Below, piece after piece: positions 62,160 through 64,000 of a DNA stretch of 64,000 nt (positions within the stretch are counted from its first letter, which is position 1; the number at the start of each line of letters is the position of its first letter). The DNA is taken from positions 128,001 through 192,000 of the forward strand of contig CAWGRW010000009.1 of NCBI GenBank assembly GCA_963825135.1, read 5' to 3'. The notes under the pieces were generated by a model that made no database searches, was not told the DNA's origin, and saw only the letters and a list, made by a program, of their open reading frames with translations. The position numbers and the translations under genes were made by a program. Origin of the DNA: an uncultured bacterium. GTDB taxonomy: Bacteria; Desulfobacterota_D; UBA1144; Nemesobacterales; UBA2774.

Positions 62160-63596
62160 ATGGAAATGAAAGTAACCCTCTACAACACGCTCACGCAAAA
62201 AAAAGAAGAGCTCGTCCCGCACGAGAAAAACAAGATAAAGATGTACGTCTGCGGCCCGACGGTGTACGACTCCGCCCACCTGGGACACGCGAGGGCGGCC
62301 GTCACTTTCGACGTCATAGAGAGGTTCCTCTCACACGTGGGCTTTGAAGTCACGTACGTCAGGAACTTCACCGACATAGACGACAAGATAATAAACAGGG
62401 CTAACGAAACGGGCATCCCCGCAAGCGAGATTTCGGAGAAATACATCGAGGAATACAGGAACGACATGGCATCCATAGGCGTGAGGAGGCCCACCGTCGA
62501 GCCCAAGGTCACCGAGCACGTCCCGGAAATAATCGACTTGATAGAAAGGATAATCTCAAACGGCTACGCCTATCAGTCGGGCGACGACGTGTTCTTCGCC
62601 GTAAAGAAGTTCAAGGGCTACGGCAAGCTCTCCAAAAGGGACCCCGACGACATGCTCGCCGGGACCAGGATAGACATCAACGAGAAAAAAGAAGACCCGC
62701 TCGACTTCGCTCTATGGAAAGGGGCGAAGCCGGGAGAGCCCTTCTGGGAAAGCCCCTGGGGCAATGGCCGCCCCGGATGGCACATAGAGTGCTCGACCAT
62801 GAGCATGAAGTACCTGGGGCCGAGCTTCGACATACACGGGGGCGGGAAGGACCTCATATTCCCCCACCACGAGAACGAAATCGCCCAGTCCGAAGCGGCC
62901 ACGGGAAAAGAGTTCGCCCGGTACTGGGTCCATAACGGACTCATCCAGATAAACCGCGAGAAGATGTCCAAATCCGTAGGCAACATACTTAACGTCAGGG
63001 ACGCCGTCACGATGTGGAACAGGGAGGCGATAAGGCTATTTTTCCTCTCGCACCAGTACTTAAACCCGGCAGACTTCTCGGACATCACCATGGGCGAGTC
63101 CGAAGCCGCTCTCGAAAGGCTCTACATCACTCTCAAGCGTGCGAAGGACCAGGGAAAGAACGGGAGCGAGGACGACACGGAGCTCGCGGGCGCCGCGGCC
63201 TCCTTCGGCCGGAAATGGGTCGAGACCATGTGCGACGACTTCAACACAGCCGACGCCATAGGGAACCTCTTCGAGCTCACCCGCGCCGTGAACAGGTCGA
63301 TAGACTCCAGGGGCTGGACCCCTGCCCTCGAAGGGGCGTTAAAAGAGATCGGCCTATTCGGGAAGGCCCTCGGGATACTCGAATACGAGCCCGCGGAATA
63401 CCTGCAAAGCATAAAGCTCCAGAAAAAATCGGCCGGCATCACCGAAGGCGAGATCGAGGAGCTTATTAAGGAGAGGAACTCCGCCAGGGCGGATAAGAAC
63501 TGGAAGCGAGCGGACGAGATAAGGGAAGAGCTCAGCTCCAGGGGCATACTCCTCGAAGACAAGTCCGAAGGCACGATCTGGCGCGTGAAGGGATAA
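62160..63596 (+). CDS. cysS: Cysteine--tRNA ligase
   Basis: YVCGPTVY..HLGH, GRPGWHIECS, KMSKS. Confidence 0.98.
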   Translation: MEMKVTLYNTLTQKKEELVPHEKNKIKMYVCGPTVYDSAHLGHARAAVTFDVIERFLSHVGFEVTYVRNFTDIDDKIINRANETGIPASEISEKYIEEYRNDMASIGVRRPTVEPKVTEHVPEIIDLIERIISNGYAYQSGDDVFFAVKKFKGYGKLSKRDPDDMLAGTRIDINEKKEDPLDFALWKGAKPGEPFWESPWGNGRPGWHIECSTMSMKYLGPSFDIHGGGKDLIFPHHENEIAQSEAATGKEFARYWVHNGLIQINREKMSKSVGNILNVRDAVTMWNREAIRLFFLSHQYLNPADFSDITMGESEAALERLYITLKRAKDQGKNGSEDDTELAGAAASFGRKWVETMCDDFNTADAIGNLFELTRAVNRSIDSRGWTPALEGALKEIGLFGKALGILEYEPAEYLQSIKLQKKSAGITEGEIEELIKERNSARADKNWKRADEIREELSSRGILLEDKSEGTIWRVKG

Positions 63597-63780
63597 ATTG
63601 GAAGAAGTACAGGGTTTGGGACAATGGGGCACATCGTCCCGGTATATACCCCGCCCGTCTGTCCCATTGTCCCATAACGGGTTATTCGAGAATATCATCT
63701 CAGTGATATGAACATGAGAATGACGGTATGAGTGGATCCGGCAAATCCTACATTGCTCGTCAACTACATCCTCCTCTACC

Positions 63781-63875
63781 TTGTCATTTCGAGTGTATAC
63801 GAGAAATCTATTGTTACTCTTTTTTATTTCAAACGAATACAAATAACAGATTTCTCCCTTTGGTCGAAATGACAA
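63781..63875. repeat. Palindromic REP-like element
   Basis: TTGTCATTTCGA...TCGAAATGACAA perfect 12-bp inverted repeat; inner GAGAAATCT/AGATTTCTC. Confidence 0.75.
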
Positions 63876-63930
63876 TGGTGGTAAGTCCGGTGTAAAAAAT
63901 GAAGTCATTTTGTTATATATTCTCCCTTAT

Positions 63931-64000
63931 ATGCCTAAATACAACTACTACGTCTATATTACTACCAACTTTAACAAAACCACTCTATACGTCGGCATCA
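63931..64000 (+). CDS. GIY-YIG nuclease, N-terminus only (runs off the right edge)
   Basis: MPKYNYYVYITTNFNKTTLYVGI matches the YVY...LYVG motif. Confidence 0.75.
   Translation, partial: MPKYNYYVYITTNFNKTTLYVGI

Noticed and set aside
63606..63675. TGGGACAATGGG...CCCATTGTCCCA inverted repeat as a MITE
   Set aside because: Single copy in the window directly after cysS; could be a terminator or REP-type hairpin, and no target duplication was seen.

Overview
Bacterial chromosome segment, GC-rich and Desulfobacterota-like (taxonomy inferred from gene content and order only). The housekeeping blocks are tig-clpP-clpX-lon, ilvB-ilvN-ilvC-psd-pssA, ogt-pgpA-cinA-recA-pilT-tsaB and cysS, plus four tRNAs: Val-TAC/Asp-GTC and Lys-CTT/Leu-TAG. 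The main unannotated structure lies downstream of tRNA-Asp. Four degenerate, same-orientation copies of its 3' half (at about 21604, 17276, 9714 and 7739) divide about 16 kb of accessory DNA into gene modules, and no integrase is visible. The modules carry an AT-rich diadenylate-cyclase-domain gene; ArsR/DUF899/DUF3300/DUF2950; a putative tailoring-enzyme cluster with duplicated 2OG dioxygenases; and a pentameric ligand-gated channel with an 8-aa repeat protein. A second accessory region holds a kdp operon with two unannotated small membrane peptides and a soluble KdpD-Usp-PTS IIA fusion. Its sigma54 two-component system is flanked by two target promoters of identical architecture. The window also contains an orphan Rhs tip with a serum-amyloid-A-like C-terminus, a candidate sRNA, and REP-like repeats next to a GIY-YIG gene. 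Several single-base frameshifts are probably assembly errors.
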